From positions 5,597 to 69,596 of the forward strand of contig DASWBA010000186.1 of assembly GCA_036390825.1 (NCBI GenBank): a stretch of DNA of 64,000 nt. Direction: 5' to 3'. The stretch comes from Candidatus Dormiibacterota bacterium. Lineage in GTDB: Bacteria; Chloroflexota; Dormibacteria; CF-121. A model generated the notes under the pieces. The model did no database searches. It had not been told where the DNA came from and saw only the letters and a program-made list of their open reading frames with translations. A program made the position numbers and the translations under genes. This document shows, piece after piece, positions 34,248 to 47,389 of this stretch (within the stretch, counting starts at the first letter, position 1; each line of letters opens with the position of its first letter).

Positions 34248-35207
34248 ATGGCCCTGGTCGGGATTGATCTTGGCGGCACGCAGCTGCGCGTGGCGGTCGC
34301 GGACAACCGCGGTCGTCTGCGCACCGTGGTGCGTCGACCTACCGAGGCTGCCCGGGGACGGCGCCACGTCATCGCCCGGATCGTGGCCGCGGTCGCGGAT
34401 GCGCTGGCGAAAGACAAGACGTCCGCACGTCGGGTGGTGGCGTTGGGAATCGGCCTGCCGGGTCCGGTGGACCCTTCGGCCGGCCTGGTCATCAGTCCCG
34501 CCAACCTGCCCGGTTTCCGGAATGTCCCGCTCAACCGGATCCTCACCCGTGCGACAGGCATCCGCAGCTATCTGCACCACGATGCGCACCTCGCGGCCCT
34601 CGGCGAGCACCGGCGGGGGGCGGGCCGCGGCGCCAGCGAGCTGATCTATGTGACGGTATCCACCGGGATCGGGGCAGGGCTGTTGATTCGCGGCGAGCTG
34701 TACGCCGGCGCGCACGGCAGTGCCGGAGAGATCGGCCACATCATGGTGCAGCGCGACGGGCCGCTCTGTACCTGCGGCAACCGCGGTTGCGTCGAGGCGC
34801 TGGCCAGCGGCACCGGCATCGCGCGCATGGCGCGTGAGCTGGGCGCGCAAACCCCTACGAGCTTGTTGCACCGATTGGACGCGCCCTCGGCCGCGGATGT
34901 GGTGCGGGCCGCTCGCGCCGATGATCCGCTCGCGATCAGCATCCTCGACACCGCCGGGACCTACCTTGGCATCGCGATGGGGACGCTCGTCAACCTCTTC
35001 AATCCCCAGCTGATCGTGCTCGGCGGCAGCGTCCTCAAGGCTGGCGCGCCGCTGCTCAAGCCGATGCGTCGCTCGCTGGTCGCGTCATCGTGGAAGGCGG
35101 CGCGGCGTGGTCTAAGAATCGTCCCGCCCGCGTTGGGCGACGACGCGGGATTGATCGGAGCTGTCGAGTTTGCGCGGCTCCGCGCAGGGCATGCCCGTCC
35201 GGCTTGA
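34248..35207 (+). CDS. ROK family sugar kinase (glucokinase-like)
   Basis: VGIDLGGTQLR, GAGLLIRGELYAG, zinc motif CTCGNRGCVEALASG. Confidence 0.85.
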   Translation: MALVGIDLGGTQLRVAVADNRGRLRTVVRRPTEAARGRRHVIARIVAAVADALAKDKTSARRVVALGIGLPGPVDPSAGLVISPANLPGFRNVPLNRILTRATGIRSYLHHDAHLAALGEHRRGAGRGASELIYVTVSTGIGAGLLIRGELYAGAHGSAGEIGHIMVQRDGPLCTCGNRGCVEALASGTGIARMARELGAQTPTSLLHRLDAPSAADVVRAARADDPLAISILDTAGTYLGIAMGTLVNLFNPQLIVLGGSVLKAGAPLLKPMRRSLVASSWKAARRGLRIVPPALGDDAGLIGAVEFARLRAGHARPA

Positions 35208-36585
35208 TCCGCCGGCGCTCCCCGGGTGGGAGCCGGCGTTTGCCGCCGTCCGCGAACAAGCCCGGAAGCGCAACCTGCGCGCGCTGGTGGTCGGCGGCTA
35301 CGTGCGCGATCGGCTCCTGGGTGGAGACCGAGAACACCAGATTCGCGAAGTCGACATCCTGGTCGAGGGAAAGGGCGCGATCCAGCTGGCGACGGACGTC
35401 GCCATGGCGATGAAGCTGCATCCGCCGGTGGTCTTCGAACGATTCGGCACCGCGCATCTCGACTTCGATCATCGCGCTCTTGAATTCGTTTCCAGCCGCG
35501 TCGAGACCTACGATCCATCGAGCCGCAAACCGCAGGTCAGCCCCGGCAGCCTCAAAGATGATGTGTTGCGTCGCGACTTCACGGTCAACACCCTGCTGAT
35601 GGATTGGGATGGCAGCGTGCTCGATCTCACCGGGCGCGGGCTCGCCGACCTCCACTCGCGGCGGATCGTGACACCGCTCGAGCCCAAGTCCACCTTCGAC
35701 GAGGATCCACTGCGCATGCTGCGCGCCATCCGCTTTGCCGCCACCCTCGATTTCACCCTCGACGCGTCGGTCGAAGCAGCCATCCGGGACCATTCGGGCC
35801 GGCTGCAACCGCCGACGGTGTCGATGGAGCGGATCCGCGATGAATTCTCCAAACTGTTGGTGGCGGACCAGGTGGGGCGTGGGCTGGAACTGCTCGACAC
35901 GACCAGGCTGCTGGTGCGCATCGTGCCCCAACTCGAGGCGGGCAAGGGTATGCAGCAGGGCGGATGGCACAGCCACGATGTGTTCGGCCACGGCCTGCTG
36001 ACGGCGACGCTCGCCCCACCCGACCTGACGACGCGACTGGCTGCGTTGTTGCACGACGTCGGTAAGCCTGCCGTCCACGAGCTACGCGAGGGAAAGCCGA
36101 CCTTCATCGGCCACCAGGAGGTCGGCGCTACCATGGCGGGCGCGGCCCTGCGGCAGCTGCGCTACTCGGGCGAGCTGGTCGACGCCGTGACGACCTTGAT
36201 TCGTCTCCACATGCGCCCTATCCAGTACGACCCCCAGGGGTGGGAAGACAAAGCGGTGCGCCGCCTGGTGCGCGATGCGGGTGACCATCTGGACCGGCTG
36301 CTGGCCCTGGCCCGCGCTGACATGCGGGCCAGTCATTACCCCGATGTCAAGAAAATCGACGACCTCGAGGCCCGAATCCAGCGCCTCGATGCCGGCGCCA
36401 TCGCGGCGATCCGTTCGCCGCTCACCGGCGAGGAGCTGATGAAGCGCTTCGGCCGGCCCCCCGGTCCTTGGATCAAGCGCGTCAAGTCGGCGCTGGAAGA
36501 GGCGATCGTCGATGGCGCGCTCCCGTCAGATGCACAGGCCGCTTGGGACTATCTCGAGGCACACCCCGAGCTGCTTTCCCTGTGA
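35191..36585 (+). CDS. cca: CCA-adding enzyme / tRNA nucleotidyltransferase with HD domain
   Basis: VVGGYVRDRLLG, EVDILVEG, RRDFTVNTL, LRAIRFA, HD-domain LLHDVGKP. Confidence 0.8.
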   Translation: MPVRLDPPALPGWEPAFAAVREQARKRNLRALVVGGYVRDRLLGGDREHQIREVDILVEGKGAIQLATDVAMAMKLHPPVVFERFGTAHLDFDHRALEFVSSRVETYDPSSRKPQVSPGSLKDDVLRRDFTVNTLLMDWDGSVLDLTGRGLADLHSRRIVTPLEPKSTFDEDPLRMLRAIRFAATLDFTLDASVEAAIRDHSGRLQPPTVSMERIRDEFSKLLVADQVGRGLELLDTTRLLVRIVPQLEAGKGMQQGGWHSHDVFGHGLLTATLAPPDLTTRLAALLHDVGKPAVHELREGKPTFIGHQEVGATMAGAALRQLRYSGELVDAVTTLIRLHMRPIQYDPQGWEDKAVRRLVRDAGDHLDRLLALARADMRASHYPDVKKIDDLEARIQRLDAGAIAAIRSPLTGEELMKRFGRPPGPWIKRVKSALEEAIVDGALPSDAQAAWDYLEAHPELLSL

Positions 36586-37694
36586 TCGCGGTGCGGCGCT
36601 GGCCGTGGCCGTTCTTGCTGCTGCTGGCCGGCGCCCTGCTCGCGACCGCTCACCTTGTGCCGGCCTTCACCGTGAGCTCGACACTCGTGTTGCTCGTCTT
36701 CCTGCCGCCGCTGCTGTTCGACGCCGGCTTCTCGTTACGGGTTACGGCGGTGCGCCGCGAGCTGTCGTGGATCCTGCTGCTCGGAATAGGCGGTGCCATC
36801 CTGGCGGCCGCCCTTGTCTTCCTTCTGCTTCGAGCGGCCGGCTTTCCATCCGACGAAGCGTTGCTGCTGGCGGCCATCCTGGCCGCGACCGATCCGGTTT
36901 CGGTGTTCGCCGCCCTGCGTCGGATGCATACGCCCGAGCGGCTTCGCGTCGCGCTCGAGGGTGAGAGCCTGGTCAATGACGGGGTCGCCGTGGTGCTCTT
37001 CGTCGTCGCGCTCGCCGTCGTCCAGCGCCGCGCGCTCGGCCCGCCCGATGTCGTCGCCCTTTTCTTATTCCTGACGGTTGGAGGCCTGGCCGTCGGCGCG
37101 GGTTTCGGACTGCTGACGCGCTGGTTTCTCGCCAGCGTGCCCAAGCCGATGCAGATCGCCATCACGGTCGTCGCCGCCTACGCGTCCTACCTGCTGGCGG
37201 ACCGAATCGGCGCGAGCGGTTTGCTCGCGGTCATCGCACTCTCACTGATCCTGGGCAGCGCCTATCAACCCTCGACGCATCACCATGTCCATCGCTTTTG
37301 GCGACAGTTCGGTTTTGCCATGTCGAGCGTTGTCTTCCTCCTGGTCGGGCTGCAGGTCCATCTCGATCAGGTGGTACGGGTCGGCGGTCGCTTGCTGCTG
37401 CTGGTCGCGGCCGTGCTGCTGGCGCGGGCACTGATGGTGACGGTGGTGACGGTAACCAGGGGTGACCTCTGGCCGTGGTCCTGGCGCGGCGCGCTCGTCT
37501 GGGCCGGGCTGCGTGGCGCGCTATCGCTTGCGCTGGCGCTCGCCATCCCTGCAGACGTGGCGGGGCATGACGAAATCCTGGCCCTGGCTTTCGGTTCTGT
37601 CTTCCTCTCGCTGGTTGTTCAGGGTCTTTCCACAGGCCCCGTATTCCGACTCCTGGGGATATCGCGACAGACAGCTGTCACAACGGTTCGTTAG
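36582..37694 (+). CDS. Na+/H+ (cation:proton) antiporter, CPA1 / NhaP type
   Basis: PPLLFDAG, AILAATDPVSV, GESLVNDG. About 11 TM helices. GTGA overlap with cca. Confidence 0.85.
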   Translation: MIAVRRWPWPFLLLLAGALLATAHLVPAFTVSSTLVLLVFLPPLLFDAGFSLRVTAVRRELSWILLLGIGGAILAAALVFLLLRAAGFPSDEALLLAAILAATDPVSVFAALRRMHTPERLRVALEGESLVNDGVAVVLFVVALAVVQRRALGPPDVVALFLFLTVGGLAVGAGFGLLTRWFLASVPKPMQIAITVVAAYASYLLADRIGASGLLAVIALSLILGSAYQPSTHHHVHRFWRQFGFAMSSVVFLLVGLQVHLDQVVRVGGRLLLLVAAVLLARALMVTVVTVTRGDLWPWSWRGALVWAGLRGALSLALALAIPADVAGHDEILALAFGSVFLSLVVQGLSTGPVFRLLGISRQTAVTTVR

Positions 37695-37779
37695 GCTGAT
37701 GCTCTGCTAAACTCTGCGTCGCCACGGACGCGTCGGAGCAGGCTCGACGCGACCAAAGGCTCGCGGAAATAGGGGAAGC

Positions 37780-38181
37780 ATGCTGCTCAGTCTTCGGCTG
37801 CTCCGGCGAATCGCGCGGGAACTTCCGCGCTACGGCAAGCTCACCTACTGCCTGTACCGTGACCCCCGCGTTCCGCAGCGCAACAAGATCGCGCTGGCGG
37901 CTGCCATGGCGTTGATTCTCAACCCGGTGGTCGACGTGCCGCTGCGGTTGCCGATCTTTGGTGAGATGGATGCCGTGGCGCTCACGGTGCTGGCGGTGCG
38001 GATGTTCGTCGAGAAGGCGCCCAAAGACGTGGTGGCCGAACACCAGGAGCAGATCGCGTTGGGGACGAGCGTGTTCGACCAGGACCTGCGCAACGGCCGT
38101 CAGGGGCTGCGGGCGAGATTGAACGATTTGCGTGGGCGTGGCCGTCTGGTGGTCGCCCGGGCACGGAGGAATGCACTATGA
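37780..38181 (+). CDS. DUF1232 (YkvA-like) membrane protein
   Basis: [32 protein letters not shown]...IFGEMDAV matches the DUF1232 core pattern. Confidence 0.65.
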   Translation: MLLSLRLLRRIARELPRYGKLTYCLYRDPRVPQRNKIALAAAMALILNPVVDVPLRLPIFGEMDAVALTVLAVRMFVEKAPKDVVAEHQEQIALGTSVFDQDLRNGRQGLRARLNDLRGRGRLVVARARRNAL

Positions 38182-38624
38182 AGGTTGTCTTACTGCAGGA
38201 CGTGAAAGGCACCGGGAAGGCCGGCGAGACCAAAGACGTCGCTGACGGGTATGCGCGTAACTTCCTGCTCCCGCAAAAGCTGGCACAGCAGGCGACCCGC
38301 GGCGCCCAGGAACAGGTCGATCGGCAGAAGGCCACCGAAACCAAGCGCGAGGAGCGCGAGCTGGCGGATGCTCGGGCACTGGCGGTGCGGCTCGAAGCCG
38401 CGCAGGTCGTGTTGAAGCTCCGAAGCGGCAAGGATGGCAAGCTGTTCGGCGCCGTGACCAACGCGGATGTCGCGTCGGCGCTCAAGCAGCAGCATGGGAT
38501 CACGCTCGACCGGCGCAAGATCGAGTTCGAGCAGCCGGTGAAGGCGATGGGGCCCGGCACCGCGCATGTCAAGCTGCACCGTGACGTCACGGCCCGCATC
38601 CCGTTGATGGTCGCCTCCGCTTGA
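38178..38624 (+). CDS. rplI: 50S ribosomal protein L9
   Basis: [40 protein letters not shown] overlap upstream. Confidence 0.95.
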   Translation: MKVVLLQDVKGTGKAGETKDVADGYARNFLLPQKLAQQATRGAQEQVDRQKATETKREERELADARALAVRLEAAQVVLKLRSGKDGKLFGAVTNADVASALKQQHGITLDRRKIEFEQPVKAMGPGTAHVKLHRDVTARIPLMVASA

Positions 38625-41242
38625 CGGTTGATCTGAGACGTTCGCCGGCCCCGCCGGCGGCCGGTGGCCGCGTGCCGCCGCACAACCTCGAGGCGGAAGC
38701 GTCCGTGCTCGGGTCGTTGATGCTCGACCGCAACGCGATCGTGCGCGTGGCCGACTTCCTTCGGCCCGAAGACTTCTACCTCGACCATCACGCCCAGGTC
38801 TACCGCGCGGCGCTGAACCTTTATGACCGCACCGATCCCATCGATCTGCTGACCCTCGCCGCGGAGCTTGAGACGATGCGCGTCCTGGAGCGGATGGGCG
38901 GCCAGGCGTTCCTCGCCGAGCTGCAGAGTGGAGTCCCGACGGCGGCCAATGTCGAGTACTACGGCCACCTCGTCGAGGAAAGCGCGACCAAGCGAAAGTT
39001 GATTGGTGCCGGTGGACGGATCACGGCCCTCGGCTTCGACGAGAGTACGCCGGCGAACCAGGCACTGGATACCGCGGAAAGCGTCATCTTCAACATCGCC
39101 GAAGGGCGCATCACCCAGGACTTCGTCGCGCTCAAGGACATTCTCAAAACGACCTGGGACCAGATCGAGCAGATCCACAAGGATTCGTCTGTGATCTCGG
39201 GTGTGCCGAGTGGTTTCAACGACCTCGATGCGAAGACGGGCGGCTTCCAGAAGTCAGATCTGATCATCATCGCTGCACGCCCAGGTATCGGAAAATGTTT
39301 GGTGGCGAGCACGCTTGTCGACGATCCCGACACGGGTGCGCGGCTCACCATTGAGGAGTTTGTCAGGAGCGAGCGTCCCTCGGTGTTCGGGCTTTCGCCG
39401 CGGGGACGAATCGAAAGGCGAACCATTGGTGCCTGGGTCGACAGCGGCATACAGCCATGTTTTGCAGTTACCACACAAACAGGACGTAGGGTTGAGGTGA
39501 CAGGGCATCATCCATTTCTAACCGTTTCAGGTTGGCAGCCCCTGCACGATCTAATCACTGGGGATGCTATTGCTGTCCCGCGTCGACTGGCCATCTTCGG
39601 GCAAGAGAAGGTGCACGAGCAACTTGCACGATTGCTCGGTTACTTCGTTGGAGACGGCGCGCTTTCTGTCAGCGCTCCCGAGTTTATTAACGTCGATCCG
39701 GAAATCGTTGAGGACTTCCAGGCAGCTATCACCACGCATTTCCCACGGTGTCATGTAAATCAGCACGGCCCTCACTATCGGGTGTGTGGCTACTTTGCCA
39801 AAACAAAGCTGCCTGCAAGCCGGTCGAATCCCGTGGTTCGTTGGCTGAAGGAATTCGGCCTTTGGGGCAAGAAGGCGGAGTTCAAGCGCTTTCCGGATGT
39901 GGCGTGGCGGTGGGATAAGGTGACGCTTCGAGAATTCATCCGCGGGCTGATGTCATGTGATGGAAGCATTTTCCGCACGCCGAGTGGCCTCCCGCGAATC
40001 GAATTCAGTGTTGCATCGGAAGGTCTTGCAAAGGATGTGCACCATGCCTTCGTGCGCTTCGGTATTGTGTCGCGTCTATACAGAAAGTCGGAGCGCTGTT
40101 GGCGGGTACAGGTAACGGACTCTGAATCGGTCGCCGCCTATCAGAGGGAAATTGGTTGGATTGGGGAGAAGGCCACGCGATTCGCAGTGGATCAGCCTGC
40201 CTTCCGTCGCAACCGCGGTCATTTGCCGCTTGCCGTGTGGAACATGGTCGGAACTGCCGCGGCCATGCAGGGCCTTAGTTGGGCCAAGCTCGCGGTGCTT
40301 TCGGGGGAAAGAACCCACACGTCAAAGTACGAAACGTACAACCCTCACGCCAATCATGGTTTATCTCAGCGACGACTCGCAATTTTCAATGAGGTCCTTG
40401 AGGACTGGTGGCTCAGTGAGCTTGCCAATCCGGAAATTTATTGGGACCGAATCGTGTCCATTGAGCCGATTGGCGAAGAGCACGTTTACGATCTTTCGGT
40501 CCCCTCGGGTGCGAATTTCATAGCAGAGGATGTCCTCGTCCATAACACCTCGTTAACACTGAACATCGCCCAGCACGCCTCAATCCAATACAAGATTCCG
40601 GTTGCAATTTTCTCCTTGGAAATGTCGGAACAACAGCTTGTCACCCGACTTCTTTGTAGCGAGGCGTCGGTTGATTCGTATCGCCTACGCACTGGACTCT
40701 TGAAGGACTCCGAGTGGCCGCGGATCGCCCAGGCGATGGGTGCGCTCTCTGAGGCGCAGATCTACATCGATGACTCGCCGAATGTCTCGGTCATGGAGAT
40801 GCGCACAAAAGCACGTCGGCTCAAATCGGCAAATAATCTGGGGCTGATCATCGTCGACTACCTTCAGTTGATGCAGGGCCGCAATCAAGAAAATCGTGTG
40901 CAGGAAGTCTCGGACATTTCGCGCGGTTTGAAGAGCCTGGCACGCGAGCTGCAGATACCCGTAATTGCATGCTCGCAGTTGAGCCGTGAACCTGAGAAGA
41001 GACCAGACCATCGGCCACAGCTCTCGGACCTTCGTGAGTCGGGTACTTTGGAGCAGGATAGTGACCTCGTCCTCTTCATCTACCGCGACCGCTTCTATAA
41101 CGACAACATTGCAGAAGACCGGCGCAACATCGCCGAGATCATCATCGCGAAACACCGCAACGGCCCGACAGGAAAACTCGAGCTGCTCTTCATCGATGAG
41201 CAGACGAAGTTCGCCAATCTCGACCGGAGACGCGGGAGCTAG
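38621..41242 (+). CDS. dnaB: replicative DNA helicase DnaB, interrupted by an intein in the Walker A loop
   Basis: N-terminus [13 protein letters not shown]. Split P-loop ARPGIGK / [39 protein letters not shown]. The exteins sum to 456 aa. TTG start overlaps the rplI stop codon. Confidence 0.9.
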   Translation: MTVDLRRSPAPPAAGGRVPPHNLEAEASVLGSLMLDRNAIVRVADFLRPEDFYLDHHAQVYRAALNLYDRTDPIDLLTLAAELETMRVLERMGGQAFLAELQSGVPTAANVEYYGHLVEESATKRKLIGAGGRITALGFDESTPANQALDTAESVIFNIAEGRITQDFVALKDILKTTWDQIEQIHKDSSVISGVPSGFNDLDAKTGGFQKSDLIIIAARPGIGKCLVASTLVDDPDTGARLTIEEFVRSERPSVFGLSPRGRIERRTIGAWVDSGIQPCFAVTTQTGRRVEVTGHHPFLTVSGWQPLHDLITGDAIAVPRRLAIFGQEKVHEQLARLLGYFVGDGALSVSAPEFINVDPEIVEDFQAAITTHFPRCHVNQHGPHYRVCGYFAKTKLPASRSNPVVRWLKEFGLWGKKAEFKRFPDVAWRWDKVTLREFIRGLMSCDGSIFRTPSGLPRIEFSVASEGLAKDVHHAFVRFGIVSRLYRKSERCWRVQVTDSESVAAYQREIGWIGEKATRFAVDQPAFRRNRGHLPLAVWNMVGTAAAMQGLSWAKLAVLSGERTHTSKYETYNPHANHGLSQRRLAIFNEVLEDWWLSELANPEIYWDRIVSIEPIGEEHVYDLSVPSGANFIAEDVLVHNTSLTLNIAQHASIQYKIPVAIFSLEMSEQQLVTRLLCSEASVDSYRLRTGLLKDSEWPRIAQAMGALSEAQIYIDDSPNVSVMEMRTKARRLKSANNLGLIIVDYLQLMQGRNQENRVQEVSDISRGLKSLARELQIPVIACSQLSREPEKRPDHRPQLSDLRESGTLEQDSDLVLFIYRDRFYNDNIAEDRRNIAEIIIAKHRNGPTGKLELLFIDEQTKFANLDRRRGS
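39296..40546 (+). mobile_element. class 1 intein (417 aa) with LAGLIDADG homing-endonuclease domain
   Basis: Cys1 (CLVASTLV), block B TGHHPFL, LAGLIDADG motifs [11 protein letters not shown] and [13 protein letters not shown]-terminal VLVHN followed by +1 Thr. GC content is visibly lower than in the flanks. Confidence 0.85.
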
Positions 41243-43900
<2,658 letters not shown>

Positions 43901-44010
43901 TGTAGTCGAGCTCTGGGCGAATTTGGCCCAGACTTGGACGCTCCGTCCAAAGCCAGGGTGATCCGAAAAAGAACGTCTGCTATCCTTACTCCGTTTTTCC
44001 GGGCACCCAC

Positions 44011-45294
44011 GTGAGATTTTCGCGCCGCATTACGCTGCTTACGCCCATCACGCTGGCCGCCGGGTTGCTCGCCACTGTCATCGCGGTTTCCGCGGCGGAC
44101 ACGCGTTGGACGTCGACCGGTGCCCAGCAACCTGGGTCGCCGGATCGTCCTGTCTGGTCGATTGCCGTCGCACCGACCCATCCGGCGGTGCTGCTCGCCG
44201 CCACCCAGGGCCGCGGCGTCCTGCGGAGCACGGACTCCGGGGCAACCTGGACATCGGCGATCGCGGGCATCGATGGTGCCTGGGTCGTGCGATTCGACCC
44301 ACAGCAGCCGGCCACGGCCTACGCCGGCACGCAGACCGCGGGCCTTTACAAGTCTCTCGACGAAGGCAAGACCTGGTCACCGCAGAGCCAGGGGCTCAAC
44401 AACATGGACGTCCGGTCGATCGCGTTCGGCACCGGCCTGGTCATCGCCGGGACCGCCCAGGGTGTCTACTACTCCAGCGACGGCGCCGCCTCCTGGCACG
44501 CGCTTGGGCTCGAACCCCAGTCCATCGCCGCCGTCGCCGTGCTTCCGAGTGCCAACAGCTTCACGCTCTTTGCAGGTGTCGACAACGGCCCGATGGGTGC
44601 TGCCTTCTTGTTGAAAAGCGAGGGATTGGGCGGCAGCTGGGCAGTCGTCAGAGGCACCTTTCCCGCCGACGCGGTGGTCCCCTCGCTGGCGGTCGCATCG
44701 GCCCCTTCGGGCGGCACCGATCCACCGGTAATCGCCGGTACCTCGGAGGGACTCTTTCGAAGTGACGATCGAGGTGTGACCTGGAACGCACTCGCCGGCC
44801 TGCCGTCGACCGATTTCAACCTCGCCCTCTTCAATCCGGCTAACCCGGATCAGATCTACGTCGGCAGCGACGGCGACCAGGGAAACGGCGGCGTTTTCCG
44901 GTCACTCGATCGCGGCGCCAGCTGGAGCACCTTCGGCGCGGGCCTCCCGGTAAAGCCCCGCGTCACGGCGCTTGCCCTCCAGCCGCTCAACCCGGCCCAG
45001 GTGGTCGCCGCCACCTGGAATCCGAGCGACGGTGCGGCCGGGGCGTACCGGATCGAGGACCCCTCTGCCACGGTGGCCGGGGTGACGCCGACGGCAGCCC
45101 CTTCTGGTAGCGTCAGGCCCTCCGCCACCGCCCGGGCCACCGCCCCGACCCCCGTACCGGTTCGGCGCTCCACGGGTTCACCTGCCTATGGGACCTACGC
45201 CGCCGCCCTGGCAGTGCTTGTCGCCCTCGGCGCCGCGATCCTGGCCCGCCGTTGGCGGATGCGGCGCGAGGACAGCCGCATTTACCGCCCGTGA
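44011..45294 (+). CDS. BNR/Asp-box repeat (Ycf48/sialidase-like beta-propeller) protein with signal peptide and C-terminal TM anchor
   Basis: Five SxDxGxTW-type boxes (STDSGATW, SLDEGKTW, SSDGAASW, SDDRGVTW, SLDRGASW). Pro/Thr/Ala linker. C-terminal helix AAALAVLVALGAAIL followed by RRWRMRR. Confidence 0.7.
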   Translation: MRFSRRITLLTPITLAAGLLATVIAVSAADTRWTSTGAQQPGSPDRPVWSIAVAPTHPAVLLAATQGRGVLRSTDSGATWTSAIAGIDGAWVVRFDPQQPATAYAGTQTAGLYKSLDEGKTWSPQSQGLNNMDVRSIAFGTGLVIAGTAQGVYYSSDGAASWHALGLEPQSIAAVAVLPSANSFTLFAGVDNGPMGAAFLLKSEGLGGSWAVVRGTFPADAVVPSLAVASAPSGGTDPPVIAGTSEGLFRSDDRGVTWNALAGLPSTDFNLALFNPANPDQIYVGSDGDQGNGGVFRSLDRGASWSTFGAGLPVKPRVTALALQPLNPAQVVAATWNPSDGAAGAYRIEDPSATVAGVTPTAAPSGSVRPSATARATAPTPVPVRRSTGSPAYGTYAAALAVLVALGAAILARRWRMRREDSRIYRP

Positions 45295-45448
45295 CTCGTC
45301 GTCACAACCGGGGCTGCGCCGTTAACCATCTCTTCACCGGTTCAAGCTGGCGGTTGGCGACCAGCGCCGGTACCCTCATGGCTACGGCCCGTCCAAGGCG
45401 GGCCCAGGAGGTCGATCCCGCGTGCTCACGACCCGGAGGCGAGTCCTG

Positions 45449-45916
45449 ATGGTGGACTCCGCCGAGGCGACGCTGAAGACCCTGGCGCTGGAGCTGCCGG
45501 CGCCTCCCAAGGCGCTTGCCTCATATGTGCCCGTCCAGCAGGTCGGCGAGCTCCTCTACACCTCGGGCGTCATCCCCAGCTGGAATGGCGACGTCCAGTT
45601 CCGCGGGATCGTCGGCGCCGACGTCAGCGTTAAGGACGCCGCCCGTGCTGCCGAGATCTGCGCCCTCAACATCATGGCGCTGATTCGCCAGCATGCCGGG
45701 TCGCTCGACCGGGTGGAGCAGTTCATCCAGCTCAGCGGCTTCGTCCGCTCCGCCGCCGGCTTCGAGGAGCAGCCCAAAGTCCTCAACGGCGCCTCGGACC
45801 TGATCTACAAGGTGTTCGGGGAACGCGGGCGGCACACCCGGCAGGCGCTGGGAACGAGCGAGTTACCGCTCGGGGTCCCGGTCGAGATCTCGGCGATCAT
45901 CCGTCTGAAGCCCTAA
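45449..45916 (+). CDS. RidA/YjgF family protein
   Basis: LYTSGVIP...G and C-terminal RQALGTSELPLGVPVEISAIIRL. ATG at 45449 has GGAGG 9 nt upstream, which favours it over the listed GTG at 45422. Confidence 0.75.
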   Translation: MVDSAEATLKTLALELPAPPKALASYVPVQQVGELLYTSGVIPSWNGDVQFRGIVGADVSVKDAARAAEICALNIMALIRQHAGSLDRVEQFIQLSGFVRSAAGFEEQPKVLNGASDLIYKVFGERGRHTRQALGTSELPLGVPVEISAIIRLKP

Positions 45917-47355
45917 GCCGCCAGCGGCAGCCACGCGGTGAAGGTCGCCCCCTGGCCGGGCTCGCTGGAGGCCTCGATGGTCCCCTGGTGCGCCTCGACG
46001 ATCGACTTGGCGATGGCGAGCCCCAGCCCCGAGCCCCCCGTCGACCGGTCGCGCGCCTTCTCGCCGCGGTAGAAGCGCTCGAAGATGTGGGGGAGGTCCT
46101 GTCGCGAGATCCCAGGGCCCGTGTCCTGCAGCCGGATGGCGGCTCGCCCGTCCGCCTGGAAGACACTCCAGTGTTGCTCCGCGCCAGGCGCGTACTTGAG
46201 GGCGTTCAGCGCCAGGTTGGTGACCACTTGCTTGAGTGCCTCGGGGTCGGCCCTCACCGTGACGCCCGGTTGCAGGTCGCGCGATTCCAGCGCCCCTTTG
46301 TCGCGCAGACTCAACTCGTCGAGCGCATGGGCGACGAACTGGTCGAGCACGACCGGCTGGCGGCTGGGTGCTCGGCCCGATTCGAACCGCGTCAGCGTTA
46401 GCAGATCGTTGACGAGCCGGGTCATCCGGGCGCTTTCTTGCTGCATGGCTGCGAGCGACGCCTGCAGGGTCTCGGCGTCGACCGCCTCCCTGCGCCCCAG
46501 CACGTCGATATAGCCGGCGATCGAGGTCAGTGGCGTGCGCAGTTCGTGCGAGGCATCCGCGACGAAGTGGCGCATCTGCTCCTCCGATTGACGGCGGACC
46601 TCGAAGGCCTGGTCGATGCCCGCCGCCATCTGGTTGAAGGCGACCGCCAGCGTCCCGATCTCGTCGCTGGACTTCGGCACCGCGACCCGCTGCTTGTAGT
46701 CGCCGGCCGCCAGTTTCCCCGCGGTATCGGACATCTGGTTGAGCGGCCGGAGGGCTCGCCCGATGATCAGCGGGCTCAACAGCAAGGCCAGCAGCAAGAC
46801 GGAGAGCGACCCCACGATGGCGACCTGCCGGTCGAGACTCAGCGTGCGGCCGATGTCATCGGTTGAAATCGAGAGCTGCGCTAGGGCGATCGCCTTGGTG
46901 CCGTTGCGGATGACATTGAGCACGACGAGAGAGGTCGAGCCGTCGGCGGCGGTCGCGATGTAGTAGGCCTTGGGCTTGGTGGTCACTGCAGTCCGGTACT
47001 CCTGGGTTGTCAATGACGGCAGGTCAGGACTGGTGGCAAGCGTGGCAGGAGTCGACGCGATCAACCCGCCATTCGGTCCGAAGATGGCCGCCGAGGTCCG
47101 CCGGGAACGAAGCTCGTCGCTGAACGTCTGGGACATGATGAGAGCGCGCACCGCGGTAGCTGGCCGGCTCGCGTTCTGTCTCTTGAAGGCAGTGAAGACA
47201 GCGTTGTACTCGCTGACGAGGACGTCGGCGTTGCTTCGATACAGAACCTCGCGCGCGGCGAAGTACTGCGCGACGCCCCCGGCGAGCAGCAACACCGCCA
47301 GCAGACCGAGATAGAGGAAGGTCAGGCGCCAGCGCAACGATCGGAAGCGGGCCAT
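45913..47355 (-). CDS. sensor histidine kinase (TM-sensor-TM, HAMP, HisKA, HATPase_c)
   Basis: FVADASHELRTPLTSI (H-box), NALKYAP (N-box), DTGPGI, GGSGLGLAIA. Confidence 0.9.
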   Translation of the reverse strand: MARFRSLRWRLTFLYLGLLAVLLLAGGVAQYFAAREVLYRSNADVLVSEYNAVFTAFKRQNASRPATAVRALIMSQTFSDELRSRRTSAAIFGPNGGLIASTPATLATSPDLPSLTTQEYRTAVTTKPKAYYIATAADGSTSLVVLNVIRNGTKAIALAQLSISTDDIGRTLSLDRQVAIVGSLSVLLLALLLSPLIIGRALRPLNQMSDTAGKLAAGDYKQRVAVPKSSDEIGTLAVAFNQMAAGIDQAFEVRRQSEEQMRHFVADASHELRTPLTSIAGYIDVLGRREAVDAETLQASLAAMQQESARMTRLVNDLLTLTRFESGRAPSRQPVVLDQFVAHALDELSLRDKGALESRDLQPGVTVRADPEALKQVVTNLALNALKYAPGAEQHWSVFQADGRAAIRLQDTGPGISRQDLPHIFERFYRGEKARDRSTGGSGLGLAIAKSIVEAHQGTIEASSEPGQGATFTAWLPLAA

Positions 47356-47389
47356 ATCTAACCGCGCCCGCCGCGGCGCGGCTGGCGGC

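Noticed and set aside
45330-45395. ggttcaagc string resembling a tRNA T-loop in the spacer before the RidA gene
   Set aside because: The flanking bases do not form a T-stem (accgg versus tggcg), and no acceptor or anticodon arms can be drawn. Not a tRNA or tRNA-Sec.
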